From assembly GCA_963664115.2 (NCBI GenBank), contig CAXWPJ010000009.1, forward strand, positions 224,001-288,000: a DNA stretch of 64,000 nt. Reading direction: 5' to 3'. Source of the stretch: Terriglobia bacterium (GTDB lineage: Bacteria; Acidobacteriota; Terriglobia; 20CM-2-55-15). A program made the position numbers and the translations under genes. Below, in pieces: positions 21,942 to 31,861 of this stretch. A model generated the notes under the pieces. It ran no database searches and was not told where the DNA came from. It was given only the letters and a program-made list of their open reading frames with translations. Within the stretch, counting starts at the first letter, position 1. Every line of letters starts with the position of its first letter.

Positions 21942-22535
21942 ATGTCGACGATCATTGAAGAATTGAAAATCGAGGGCATCCAGGCACAGACCGGCGCCTT
22001 TGCCAACCTGTTACGTATGAGGGACCGAAGCGTCGGCATGCACAGCGAACGCATTGCGTCGCTGGCCCGAAACGTCGCCAAGCGCTGTGAGTTGTCGTCT
22101 CAAGAGACACGTCTTGTCGAAACTGCTTCGCATCTCCACGATCTCGGAACCATCGCAATCCCGGATCCGATCCTTCACAAACCGGGGACCCTCAGCATTG
22201 AAGAGCGCGACATCATGCAAAGTCACGCCCAGTTCGGATACGATGCACTCCAACAAACGGAAAACTTCAGGCAGGTGGCTGATATGGTGTTACACCACCA
22301 CGAGTGGTATGACGGCTCGGGTTATCCAAATGGTCTCGGGGGTGATGACATACCCTTTGGTTCCCGCGTCATTGCCGTGCTCGACGCATACGACGCGATG
22401 ATCAATGATCGGCCCTACCGCCGTTCTCGAACGACAAGGGAAGCCGCTGAGGAGCTAATTCTGGGAAAGGGCACTCAGTTTGACCCGGAAGTCGTGGACG
22501 CAGTGCTGGAAGCTATCAAGTTCGGGGTTCACTAG
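21942..22535 (+). CDS. Stand-alone HD-GYP phosphodiesterase domain protein
   Basis: HSERIA, LHDLG, HHHEWYDGSGYP, DRPYR, GTQFDP. Confidence 0.92.
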   Translation: MSTIIEELKIEGIQAQTGAFANLLRMRDRSVGMHSERIASLARNVAKRCELSSQETRLVETASHLHDLGTIAIPDPILHKPGTLSIEERDIMQSHAQFGYDALQQTENFRQVADMVLHHHEWYDGSGYPNGLGGDDIPFGSRVIAVLDAYDAMINDRPYRRSRTTREAAEELILGKGTQFDPEVVDAVLEAIKFGVH

Positions 22536-22673
22536 AAGGAAGTTAAGAATTAGGAGTGACGAATCAGGAGATCAACCTTCAATTCATAACTGTTAGCTCT
22601 TAACTCGTTTCTCCGCATCTCAGCCTGTCAAAAAGTTAGGAGAATCGGATCGGGGAATTCATTCCTCCACTCA

Positions 22674-24194
22674 TCACTTGTTACCGTCAACTTCTACTTC
22701 TCTCGACTCAGGATCATTTTCTTTCGAAATTTTCTTTGTCGTTTTCCGCGTGGCCTTCTTTTTTGCCGCTGTCGTCTTCTTCGTTGCGGTTGTTTTCTTC
22801 TTCGTCTTCGTCTTTTTCTTCGTTACGGCTTTCTTGGTAGTTTTCGTGCTCTTGGGTTTAGTCCCAATGGCCGCGGCTTCGACCTCCCCCACGCTCGTCT
22901 CCGCTACGACCTGAGGCTCATCATCACGCGCAGCAGGCTCTGTCGCGCTTGAGGTCGCTGCCCCTGCTCTCGAAAGCTCCTCCGATGACGGATCACCGTT
23001 CGCGACCGGCCGCTCTAACTCTTCACCCGGAAAAATTCGAAGGACTCCCTGACGATTCCGCTCAAGGCGCAGCACCCCAGCCTTCTGCACCTGGCGTAGC
23101 GCGTCCAGGAGACCCGAAAAGCCATACGCCTTTTCGTCGAAATCCGGTTCGGACGCTTTTATGAATTGCTTGACCCCACGGACGTACATGGGCCACTTCA
23201 AGGGCGCTTCCGCTTTCTCGAACACGGACCGGATCAACTGGACTCCTTCCTCAGTTCTAGGGGAAGCAGTGTCTGGGGTTTCTTCCGATTCGGCTGCTCG
23301 AGGACTTCTACTGCGGGAGGCTCGGGGACTCGCGTCATCATTCTTAGATTCGGACGCGGCCGCTTGAGGGCCTCGACTGCGGGGACTCCCAGCTTTTTTG
23401 GTGTCGTCCGCAGCTTCCGGGCCGGCTTCTTCGCTAAACTCTTCGTTCAACTCAACGAGGAGACTGCGGTCCACTTGCCTCAAGCTGACGACGCCGGTTC
23501 GCGCCAGTTTCTCAATGAAGTGACGGAACGTAGTTGTGCCATAGTCGCGCTCTGTAAACGTCGAGTCCAATTGCAACAAAGTGCTCTTAAGCAGTCCGAG
23601 CTGCGGGGAAACCTCACGGTCGCTCAAAACTTTGAGCGCCCTGCGGATCAAAGGCACGGCTTTATCGACGGGTGTCTCGCTCATTGATCGCGAACGGCCC
23701 ACGGACCGTCGTCCCGAATTCTGAGATCGGATGAGATTTTCGTAGGCAACGAACTCGTGGCAGTTCCTCTGCATGATACCGCTGGTGAACCCGCGTCCAC
23801 CGACAACGAAGACCTTCTTGTCGTACTGCTTCAATTTTTCGACCAGTGTGATGAAATCACTGTCGCCACTGACGATGACAAACGCGTTGATATGGTCACG
23901 CGTAAACGCCATTTCTAATGCGTCAAGGGCCAGATTGATATCGGCACCGTTCTTGTCCCCTCCAGGTGTCATATTCCGCTGAACCATGTGAATCGCATGC
24001 TGACCCATGGTCCGGCCATAATCACCCGACCGCTTCCAATCTCCGTAAGCGATTTTCGTTACGATTTCGCCGCGTTCCTTTATCGCCTCAAGCACCGCCG
24101 CGATATCAAACTTTCGATTCAGTGTGTTCCGGACCCCGATCTCAATGTTGTCGAAGTCTACAAACACAGCAATTTTCAATCGATCTTCTGCCAA
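22674..24194 (-). CDS. NYN (PIN-like) domain protein with OST-HTH/LOTUS domains and a Lys/Thr-rich tail
   Basis: VFVDFDNI, KNGADINLALDA, SGDSDF; two 'F.E..YG' LOTUS motifs. Confidence 0.88.
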   Translation of the reverse strand: MAEDRLKIAVFVDFDNIEIGVRNTLNRKFDIAAVLEAIKERGEIVTKIAYGDWKRSGDYGRTMGQHAIHMVQRNMTPGGDKNGADINLALDALEMAFTRDHINAFVIVSGDSDFITLVEKLKQYDKKVFVVGGRGFTSGIMQRNCHEFVAYENLIRSQNSGRRSVGRSRSMSETPVDKAVPLIRRALKVLSDREVSPQLGLLKSTLLQLDSTFTERDYGTTTFRHFIEKLARTGVVSLRQVDRSLLVELNEEFSEEAGPEAADDTKKAGSPRSRGPQAAASESKNDDASPRASRSRSPRAAESEETPDTASPRTEEGVQLIRSVFEKAEAPLKWPMYVRGVKQFIKASEPDFDEKAYGFSGLLDALRQVQKAGVLRLERNRQGVLRIFPGEELERPVANGDPSSEELSRAGAATSSATEPAARDDEPQVVAETSVGEVEAAAIGTKPKSTKTTKKAVTKKKTKTKKKTTATKKTTAAKKKATRKTTKKISKENDPESREVEVDGNK

Positions 24195-24356
24195 ATTCTC
24201 TCCTTGGCATCTGCCATTCGATTAATCAAACTCAAGTCCGGTTCGTCGCCGGACAAGGGTAAGACAGATGGTGTGAAATTACTGTCAACAAAAAGCCTAA
24301 TGCATCGGAAGGAACCGTGACAATGGCCGGCTCTCTTTCGCAGCCCTTTCGTATCG

Positions 24357-24821
24357 CTAGCGAAACAGATCGTCGAAGGCACTGCGTGCGGCTTTGGGTG
24401 TACTGGAATTGGCCCCGCCGCTGGAACTACTGGCGCTACCGGGAGATGAAGTTTCACGTTCCACCGAGGTACGCGCTTCAAAAAACTCACATCCGTTTCG
24501 CTTATCCTTCGCCGCGACCCGCTCCGGGATCGCCTGGGTACATTCAAATTGAGCGCCGGTATCGAAATGCCGGCAGTGTTTGCAACTCCGAAGATCACAA
24601 CCGCATTTTGAGCACCGACTCTCTGCCCTGATTTCGGTGAGAGCCGGTATGATATTGCCGCACATCGAGCAACGCATCACTTCCTGAAATCCGGGCATTC
24701 GAGGCGACCGGGGGCCCTCGGACGACCGTCCCGGTTGCTGCCGCGGTCCCTGCTCCCGTGGCCCTGGCTTTCGCTCCTTGCCAGCTTCGTGATAACCCTG
24801 CTGTTTATACTTGCGTCCCAT
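24357..24821 (-). CDS. Small Cys-rich (zinc-ribbon-like) hypothetical protein
   Basis: CSMC, CSKC, CKHC..C..C; GGAG RBS; C-terminal FDDLF. Confidence 0.7.
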   Translation of the reverse strand: MGRKYKQQGYHEAGKERKPGPREQGPRQQPGRSSEGPRSPRMPGFQEVMRCSMCGNIIPALTEIRAESRCSKCGCDLRSCKHCRHFDTGAQFECTQAIPERVAAKDKRNGCEFFEARTSVERETSSPGSASSSSGGANSSTPKAARSAFDDLFR

Positions 24822-25057
24822 GGACTCCTTCTGGAGATGTTTGGAAAAGTGTCAGCATTAAAGGGGTCAGCAAAGGGGATTCCCGCACATTATATCTCAG
24901 GGTCGGGGCCATTAAGATTAAGTTAGGAATTCGAAATTGGGATTCCGAGATGCTCGAAGCTGCCTGCCATTGGGCCTTGTTTCGAGGGGTTTGCTCCGTG
25001 CGCAATGGCAGCACGTCCCGTGGCCACGAAATTGATGTTGCCATCTCCCACTACACG

Positions 25058-27736
25058 CTATTTCAAAAGCTGACCCACGGCGTCCTTTAAAGCCTCGTTC
25101 AGGGATCTGTAATCATCAGAGGCATTGCTCCCGGCCTTCGGATGAATGGGATCTCCGATAGCGATCTCAACGGGATGCGCCCGAAGGCTCCCGCCACGGG
25201 GCCAGGCCTCGAAGGTGCCCCGTATACCTACCGGAACGATAGGTACGTTGAGCTCCACGGAAAGAATCGCCGCGCCTTTCTTGAACTCAGTTAAATTACC
25301 ATCAAAGCTTCGCTCACCCTCAGGAAAGACCAGAAGAATCCGGTTCCGTCGAATGCCAACGGCCGCGATCCGCATGGCGCGAGTCAGATTCGCGTTCGGA
25401 TCGACAGGCACAATGTTGACGCTGTTTGCAAGACGGCTCATGACAGGCCCCTCGAAATAATCGGAATATCCAAGGATGAAGATGTCCCGTATCACTCGGA
25501 AAGGGAGAACCGAACAGAGCAAAAACGGATCCAGATAGGACACATGGTTGGGACAGATTATAAAAGGTCCAGAGGCTGGAAGCTTTTCGAGCCCCCGCAC
25601 TTTCGTGCGGAATGGAAGCCTCGCGATCGCTCCAAACAGGCGTATCGCCGGAAATCCGAAAAACGTGAGGCTGCGGCGGGACTCCCGGATATATTGACGC
25701 GCAAGATCCTCGTCCCCATCGGCCGTCAGTTTCTCTTTCCAACCCCGCGGCCCGGTATCGGCGATGCGTCCGGCGTCTTCAAGGGCCTGGACAAGCTCTC
25801 CAATCGTGAGGATTTGATTCAATCTGTCTTCGGGAATCTCGACACTCAAATCGGCCTCGATCTCCGCCAGAAGTTCGACCCGGCCCAATGAATCGAAACC
25901 CAGATCGAGATCGAAATTCATGTCGGGCTCCAACGCACCCAGATCCGGCTTTGCCACATGAATAGCCTTGGCCACCGCCTTCCCTATTCCTTCCCTCAAT
26001 TGCCCATGATCTGCGGTCAATCCCGTGGGACTCGTTTCGGATCGAGTCCGGGCCGTTTCTTCTGCATAGATCTGGAACCTCTTGAGCTTGCGCGTCACCG
26101 TGCGCGGCAGTGCTTCGTTCCGGACCGTAAGTGAATGGACGCGCATAAAGGAGGCCAATTCTTTCGACCGATTCTCAAGTTCGTAGCGGATCATATCGGC
26201 AATCGCCGTCTGATTGCGTTTCCGAAACTCATCCAGGTCAGGGACCACCACCGAGTGGAGAGTGTCTCCGGGGCCTGTGGTGTCGGGCATCCCCATCACG
26301 CACATTTCTTTAATAAAGGGACACTTTTCGTAGTGCTCCTCGACCTCTTCCGGATATATGTTCTTCCCGCTTGCCAGAACGATGACGTCCTTACTGCGAC
26401 CGGTGAGAGTCAGGTTGCCGTCGTCGTCCAACTGCCCGAGATCCCCGGTGTACAGCCATCCGTTCCGAACGGCCTGGTCTGTAGCTTCCAGATCACGATA
26501 ATAGCCTTGCATCAGAACGCCGCCCGCTACACACACTTCGCCAATACCCGCATCGTTGGGACTGTCGATGCGGACGCTAACGCCTCTGAGAGGAACCCCG
26601 ACGGTTCCAGTCGCTTGCCAGCCCGCGGGTGTCATCGTAGCTGCAGCGCTGGTTTCCGTCAGTCCGTAGGCCTGTACCATGGTGTAGCCAAGCGCCTGGA
26701 AGTCCTCAGCCACGCGAGGTTCAAAGCGTGACCCTCCTGTGATCAACAGGTCCAGTTCTGAACCGATGGATTGGTGAATCCTGGAAAAGAGCCTGCGGCT
26801 GAGCCGTGAACTTTTCACGGTGCGCGAAAGACTCATCAAGACACCGAAAAGCTTCCGCTGTGTCCACGGAAGCTCCGCGACCTGAGCGAAGATCCTCTTG
26901 TGCACGGCGTAAAAAAACTGGGGCACACAAACAAAGAAAGTGATTCGATGGCGCTTGAAGGCTTCAACAATGCGCTGGGGAGAAATCGCCGTCAGGAAGA
27001 CCACCCCACAGCCAGCGGCAAGAGCTCCCAGAGCGTTGGCGACAAGCGGCAGCACATGCGAGAAGGGCAGTACGGACAGCATCCGGTGATCGGGCGACAA
27101 TTCGAGCAATTCCAGGATCCCATAAATATCCTGCGATATACCACGGGCGGGTATACGTACGCCTTTCGGGTCACCAGTCGTTCCGGAGGTGTACATCAAC
27201 ACTGCCGTGCCATCGGGTGAGTGGGACGGTGACCACTCGGCATCATCCCCTTTCTTGAGAAATGATTCCCAGTCCTGGACCGCATCGTCGCTCGCGGTCG
27301 CGACAATGGGAACCTCCCCTCCATCCAGAGCCTCCAGCGTCGTGGTCAGATTCGATCCGTCCGTAAACACCAAACTGCATTCTGCGTGGTCCACGAGCCT
27401 CCGAACAGATGATGCCGGTAGAAGCGTGGATAGCGGCACCCCGACGCCTCCGATCCGCAAAACCCCGAGCAGCGCGAACACCCACTGAGGGCTGTTGTCC
27501 ATCAGTATTCCAACCCGGCTGCCCGCACCGATTCCGGTCGCGGCCAGACTCGCGGCTATCCGGTGAGACTGCTCGGACACCTCACGGTAGGAGTACTCTT
27601 CAACGCGATCGGTGTGGTCCACCGCAAATGCGAAACGGGTGGGCTCTTTCTGCGTCCATTCGTCAAATTTCTCCAGAAACCATGTGTCAGAAATTGGGCG
27701 GGCGGGCTCACCGGAAACTTCAGTTCGGATAGTCAT
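25058..27736 (-). CDS. Acyl-adenylating (AMP-binding) + acyl carrier + PlsC acyltransferase tri-domain protein
   Basis: YTSGTTGDPKG, YGLTE, TGDLG; ACP motif LGFDSLG; NHVSYLD and FPEGERS. Confidence 0.92.
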   Translation of the reverse strand: MTIRTEVSGEPARPISDTWFLEKFDEWTQKEPTRFAFAVDHTDRVEEYSYREVSEQSHRIAASLAATGIGAGSRVGILMDNSPQWVFALLGVLRIGGVGVPLSTLLPASSVRRLVDHAECSLVFTDGSNLTTTLEALDGGEVPIVATASDDAVQDWESFLKKGDDAEWSPSHSPDGTAVLMYTSGTTGDPKGVRIPARGISQDIYGILELLELSPDHRMLSVLPFSHVLPLVANALGALAAGCGVVFLTAISPQRIVEAFKRHRITFFVCVPQFFYAVHKRIFAQVAELPWTQRKLFGVLMSLSRTVKSSRLSRRLFSRIHQSIGSELDLLITGGSRFEPRVAEDFQALGYTMVQAYGLTETSAAATMTPAGWQATGTVGVPLRGVSVRIDSPNDAGIGEVCVAGGVLMQGYYRDLEATDQAVRNGWLYTGDLGQLDDDGNLTLTGRSKDVIVLASGKNIYPEEVEEHYEKCPFIKEMCVMGMPDTTGPGDTLHSVVVPDLDEFRKRNQTAIADMIRYELENRSKELASFMRVHSLTVRNEALPRTVTRKLKRFQIYAEETARTRSETSPTGLTADHGQLREGIGKAVAKAIHVAKPDLGALEPDMNFDLDLGFDSLGRVELLAEIEADLSVEIPEDRLNQILTIGELVQALEDAGRIADTGPRGWKEKLTADGDEDLARQYIRESRRSLTFFGFPAIRLFGAIARLPFRTKVRGLEKLPASGPFIICPNHVSYLDPFLLCSVLPFRVIRDIFILGYSDYFEGPVMSRLANSVNIVPVDPNANLTRAMRIAAVGIRRNRILLVFPEGERSFDGNLTEFKKGAAILSVELNVPIVPVGIRGTFEAWPRGGSLRAHPVEIAIGDPIHPKAGSNASDDYRSLNEALKDAVGQLLK

Positions 27737-27953
27737 TGCTTACTATAGGGCTCCTACCGGCAACGAATCTTCCCTCGGCCAAAGCCACACATGCTAGCAT
27801 ACACTCGAAGGGTTCCCGGCCCTTGATGGCTCCCTGGATCGTCACCGAGTAACGAATCAATATATGCGGAAGTTGTGTCGGCAAGGGGAATGTGAAGGAC
27901 CTGTGATGCGATCCTTTTCGTCCCGGCCCAAGCCGCCCGGGAAGAACTCGATA

Positions 27954-29438
27954 ATGAAAGTTAAACGTTTTCCCGCCTTATTGTTAGTGATGCTCGTGGG
28001 CTGCGCCTCCTCCGGCCCCGAGTCGCAACTCATCAGCAATACGGTAGCGGCCCTTGGCGGAGCGGACGCCATAAAGGCCGTCAACACGCTCGTGTTGGAA
28101 GGCACGGGAGATGCATATAATCTTGGCCAGAACTCCAGGCCGGACGCTGAACTTCCTCGATTCGAGGTAGCGAAATACCGGAAGGCAATCGACTTCTCCA
28201 ACAAGCAGTGGCGGCAGGAACTCGTCCGCATCCCACGCTACGTCAGCCCCAACACCAACCCACAGACCCGGATTTCAGCCGTCGACAACGGTATTGGATT
28301 CGACATCGCGGTCGATGGGAGCATGAGCCGCCAGTCCCAGCTCGATAGTCGGGCCCGGCACACCGAGCTGTACCACCATCCGATAGGCGTCCTCCAGGTG
28401 GCGCTCGACCCGGCCAGCCAGATCTCAAATCTGCGAGTAGTAGGCGCAGAGCAGAGCGTGCGTATTGTCGCTTCCGACGGCACAGAGCTGACGCTCTACG
28501 TCAACCCGGTAACAGGACTGCCTTCCAGGGTTCAGTCGATGGCGTACTACACCCGCCATCTGGGCGACGTCTTTATCGAAACCCAATTTGGAGGATATGA
28601 AAATGTGGATGGCTTGCAACTGCCAACGACTCTGACTTCGATGCTGGATCGCTTTGAATTACTGTCGGTCACGGTATCGAATAGCGTCAACGGCGATACC
28701 GGCAGTCTCGAGGCTCCAGATGAAGTGAAGTCCCGGTCGATGCCTGTCCCCAGAGCAATCGTGGAGGTTGAGGAAGTCGGGCAGGGCCTATGGTATCTGA
28801 CGGGACAGTCCCACCACAGCCTCGTGGTTGAATTCGAAGACCACATGACTTTAATCGAAGCACCTCAGGGTGACATCAGGACCCTAGCCGTCATTGACGC
28901 GGCCCGCTCTCTCAACCCGGAAAAGCCTCTGACTGAAGTGATCAACACGCATCACCATTTCGATCACTCCGGTGGCATACGGGCCGCCGTATCGGAAGGA
29001 TTGACAGTCATTACTCACGAACTCAACCGGAACTTTTATCAAAATTCTGTTTCGCGTTCACACCGGCTCACACCGGACGCTCTCGCGAGAAATCCTCAGG
29101 CAATTCAAATCCAGACCGTAAGTGAGCCATACGAGATAAGCGACGCTTTGCGAACTGTTCAAATATTTCCGATCACCGGGAGCCCCCACGCCGATACTCT
29201 CTTAATGGTCTATCTTCCGGCGGAGAGGGCCCTTGTCGTCGCAGACGTGTACTCGACACCCAATCCGAGCGCGGCGAACCCACGCTTTCCGCACGTCGCC
29301 AACTTGATTGAGAACATCCAGAACTACAACCTCCGTGTAGATCGCGTATTGCCGATCCACGGACGATCCGAGCCGTTCTCGAGCGTCACTCGCGCGGCTC
29401 AGGCGGAGGCCCGGGCGACGGCCGCGCAGCCAGAATAA
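27954..29438 (+). CDS. MBL-fold metallo-hydrolase lipoprotein, paralog of 508..2085
   Basis: Lipobox LVG-C; THHHFDHSGG; PHADT, ADVY, PIHG. Confidence 0.85.
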   Translation: MKVKRFPALLLVMLVGCASSGPESQLISNTVAALGGADAIKAVNTLVLEGTGDAYNLGQNSRPDAELPRFEVAKYRKAIDFSNKQWRQELVRIPRYVSPNTNPQTRISAVDNGIGFDIAVDGSMSRQSQLDSRARHTELYHHPIGVLQVALDPASQISNLRVVGAEQSVRIVASDGTELTLYVNPVTGLPSRVQSMAYYTRHLGDVFIETQFGGYENVDGLQLPTTLTSMLDRFELLSVTVSNSVNGDTGSLEAPDEVKSRSMPVPRAIVEVEEVGQGLWYLTGQSHHSLVVEFEDHMTLIEAPQGDIRTLAVIDAARSLNPEKPLTEVINTHHHFDHSGGIRAAVSEGLTVITHELNRNFYQNSVSRSHRLTPDALARNPQAIQIQTVSEPYEISDALRTVQIFPITGSPHADTLLMVYLPAERALVVADVYSTPNPSAANPRFPHVANLIENIQNYNLRVDRVLPIHGRSEPFSSVTRAAQAEARATAAQPE

Positions 29439-29498
29439 AGAGATGGACATTTGAGAATCGAAATTCGACTCTGAAGTGTCCGCCCCCTAAACCCAGCC

Positions 29499-30764
29499 AT
29501 GGCCGATACCACGACAGGCGCTGCACGGAAGTTCGGGTTGGCGACATTAATAGGCCCCGGCATGATGGTGGCCGCGACGGGGGTCGGTGCAGGAGACCTG
29601 GCCGCAGCGACCGTCGGCGGAGCCAGGTTTGGTCTCGTCTTAATTTGGGCCATCGTTCTGGGCGCCTTCTTTAAATTCGTTCTCAACGAAGGGCTCGCAC
29701 GCTGGCAGCTCGCCACTGACAAAACAATTCTGGAAGGCTGGGCCGAATATCTTCCACGTTGGGTTCAGGTCTATTTTGGCGCCTACCTGCTCATCTGGAC
29801 AGTAGCCGTAAGCGTCGCCATGGCCAACGCGTGCGGATTAGGGATTTCCAACCTGACAGGCGGCGCGATCCCCACTTCCTGGGGAGCGGTAATCCATAGT
29901 CTGCTAGGTGGCGTGCTGGTATGGATGGGCGGCTTCCGCGGTTTCGAAAAACTAATGCGGGCACTGATTGCCGTCATGGTCGTCAGTATTGTCGCCTGTG
30001 CAGTGCTTACGTTCCAGGATTTGAGCGGTGTCGTCCGCGGCCTTTTTGTTCCGACCATTCCTTCCGGTAGCACAACTTCCCTGCTGGCTCTGATCGGCGG
30101 CGTCGGCGGCACGATCACGGTTATCAACTACAACTACTGGATGCGGGAAGAAAAGATCAGCGGCGCCGGTTCCTTGCGGTATGTACGGATCGACCTGCTC
30201 ATCGCATACACGGTGACCGCGGTGCTGGCCATCGCAGTTCTTATGATGGCCAATCGCGCTTTCTTCACGAGCGGCGTTGAATTGAACAGCGCCACGGCTG
30301 TGCCACAAATGGCAGCGATGCTTGGCTCAACTGTCGGAGGGTTGGGATCGCTGGCCTATTCGATCGGTTTCTGGGGAGCGACGGCATCGTCTTTACTCGG
30401 AGTGTGGCAGGGCGTTCCGTATATGTTCGCGGACATTTACGGAATAGTTCGCAAGTATCCGAAAGACGTGCGCGACCGACTCAAACAGGTTACGAGCACT
30501 CCGTACCGGATCGCACTCGCCGCTATGACGTTGATACCTATCCCTTTCGCTTTTCTCAACAGGCCGCTCTTACTGATTATCACCTACACAATTATCGGCA
30601 GCTTTTTCTTCCCGTTTCTGTCGGCGACGCTGCTGTACCTGAACAACAAGATCGCCTGGAACTCTCCAGTTCAAAAAAACGGATGGGCCACGAACGCTGT
30701 TCTCGTGATGGTCCTGGTTTTCTTCGCCGTCATCGCCGTGCAGGATATTGTCAACGCGTTCTAG
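29499..30764 (+). CDS. Nramp-family (YcsG-like) divalent metal transporter
   Basis: GPGMMVAATGVGAGD motif; about 11 TM segments. Confidence 0.85.
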   Translation: MADTTTGAARKFGLATLIGPGMMVAATGVGAGDLAAATVGGARFGLVLIWAIVLGAFFKFVLNEGLARWQLATDKTILEGWAEYLPRWVQVYFGAYLLIWTVAVSVAMANACGLGISNLTGGAIPTSWGAVIHSLLGGVLVWMGGFRGFEKLMRALIAVMVVSIVACAVLTFQDLSGVVRGLFVPTIPSGSTTSLLALIGGVGGTITVINYNYWMREEKISGAGSLRYVRIDLLIAYTVTAVLAIAVLMMANRAFFTSGVELNSATAVPQMAAMLGSTVGGLGSLAYSIGFWGATASSLLGVWQGVPYMFADIYGIVRKYPKDVRDRLKQVTSTPYRIALAAMTLIPIPFAFLNRPLLLIITYTIIGSFFFPFLSATLLYLNNKIAWNSPVQKNGWATNAVLVMVLVFFAVIAVQDIVNAF

Positions 30765-30801
30765 AGGCTTGCGTTAGAAGGATGAAGCCGGCCCCAAAAC
30801 A

Positions 30802-30827
30802 ACCCGCACCGGTCCGACGGTGCGGGT
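30802..30827. terminator. GC-rich hairpin between convergent genes, probable terminator
   Basis: acccgcaccg-gtccga-cggtgcgggt, a perfect 10-bp stem. Confidence 0.55.
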
Positions 30828-30955
30828 GGACGGCTTTCAGAATGAAGAGGCGGCAGCCGAGGCTTCAGAGTAATAAGAAGACGATCGGTTCAAACCATGA
30901 CAAATTACTATGCAACGAACTTCTAACTCATGACAGTGACCTTCAGACTCTACCG

Positions 30956-31861
30956 CTAGAGCCCTTTTGAGGCCAGAAACTCGCTGACAACGACACTCAC
31001 GTTTTCCCGTTCGCCATCGACGCGGTAATTCAGCTGTCGCATTTCCTCTTCAGAAATGAGACCGCCCAAGAGCCCGAGGGCCTCTCTAACTTCGGGATGC
31101 TGGTCCAGAGTTTCCTGCCGAACGATGGGTACTGCGTCATAAGGCGGGAAATACTGACGATCGTCTGTGAGCATCGCCAAATCCAACACGTCGATCAATC
31201 CATCAGTTGAGTTTCCGGCGATCAGATCGACCTGCCCTCCGGCAAGAGCCTGGTATGTGAGACCCAGTTCCATTACGCGCGGCGTATCCGGGAATCCAAG
31301 ATCGTAGGTTTCGGCCAATCCCGGATAGCCGTCAGCTCGCTGAGCGAATTCGTAGCCGAAAGCTGCGATCCAGTCTGATGTATACCCAGCAGCATCAGAG
31401 ATGTTTTCGAGGTCAAGCCTGCGGGCGTCTTCTCCGCGGACGAGAATCGCGAACGTATTGTTGAACCCGAGCGGCTCCATCCACTCCACGTCAAATTCCT
31501 CGCGATAGGCTTGTCGAACTCGTGCAAGCACCGTGTCGGGGTCAGTCGAAGGCGTCTCTTCCAGGATCGCAGCCAAAGCGGTTCCGGTGTATTCGACGTA
31601 CATGTCGAGCTGACCCGCGATCAAGCCCTGGTGGCACACGAAAGAGCCCCCTAGATTCAACCGTCTCTCTACGTTCAATTCCGTCTGATTCTCCAAATGC
31701 TGGGCGATCAGTTCTCCCAGGATGATCTGCTCGGTGAAGTTCTTCGAACCAATAACGATTCGATTCGGGTCCGAACAGCCCGGGAGCAGAGTTAACACGA
31801 CAAAGATCAGTAGAATTCGAGGTGGCAGCGTCGGCCACCATCGGAAAATTCCTTGACTCAA
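30956..31861 (-). CDS. Osmoprotectant (glycine betaine-type) ABC transporter substrate-binding lipoprotein
   Basis: Lipobox LPG-C; IGSKNFTEQ, YVEYTGT, GFNNTFA, FPPYDA. Confidence 0.92.
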   Translation of the reverse strand: MSQGIFRWWPTLPPRILLIFVVLTLLPGCSDPNRIVIGSKNFTEQIILGELIAQHLENQTELNVERRLNLGGSFVCHQGLIAGQLDMYVEYTGTALAAILEETPSTDPDTVLARVRQAYREEFDVEWMEPLGFNNTFAILVRGEDARRLDLENISDAAGYTSDWIAAFGYEFAQRADGYPGLAETYDLGFPDTPRVMELGLTYQALAGGQVDLIAGNSTDGLIDVLDLAMLTDDRQYFPPYDAVPIVRQETLDQHPEVREALGLLGGLISEEEMRQLNYRVDGERENVSVVVSEFLASKGL

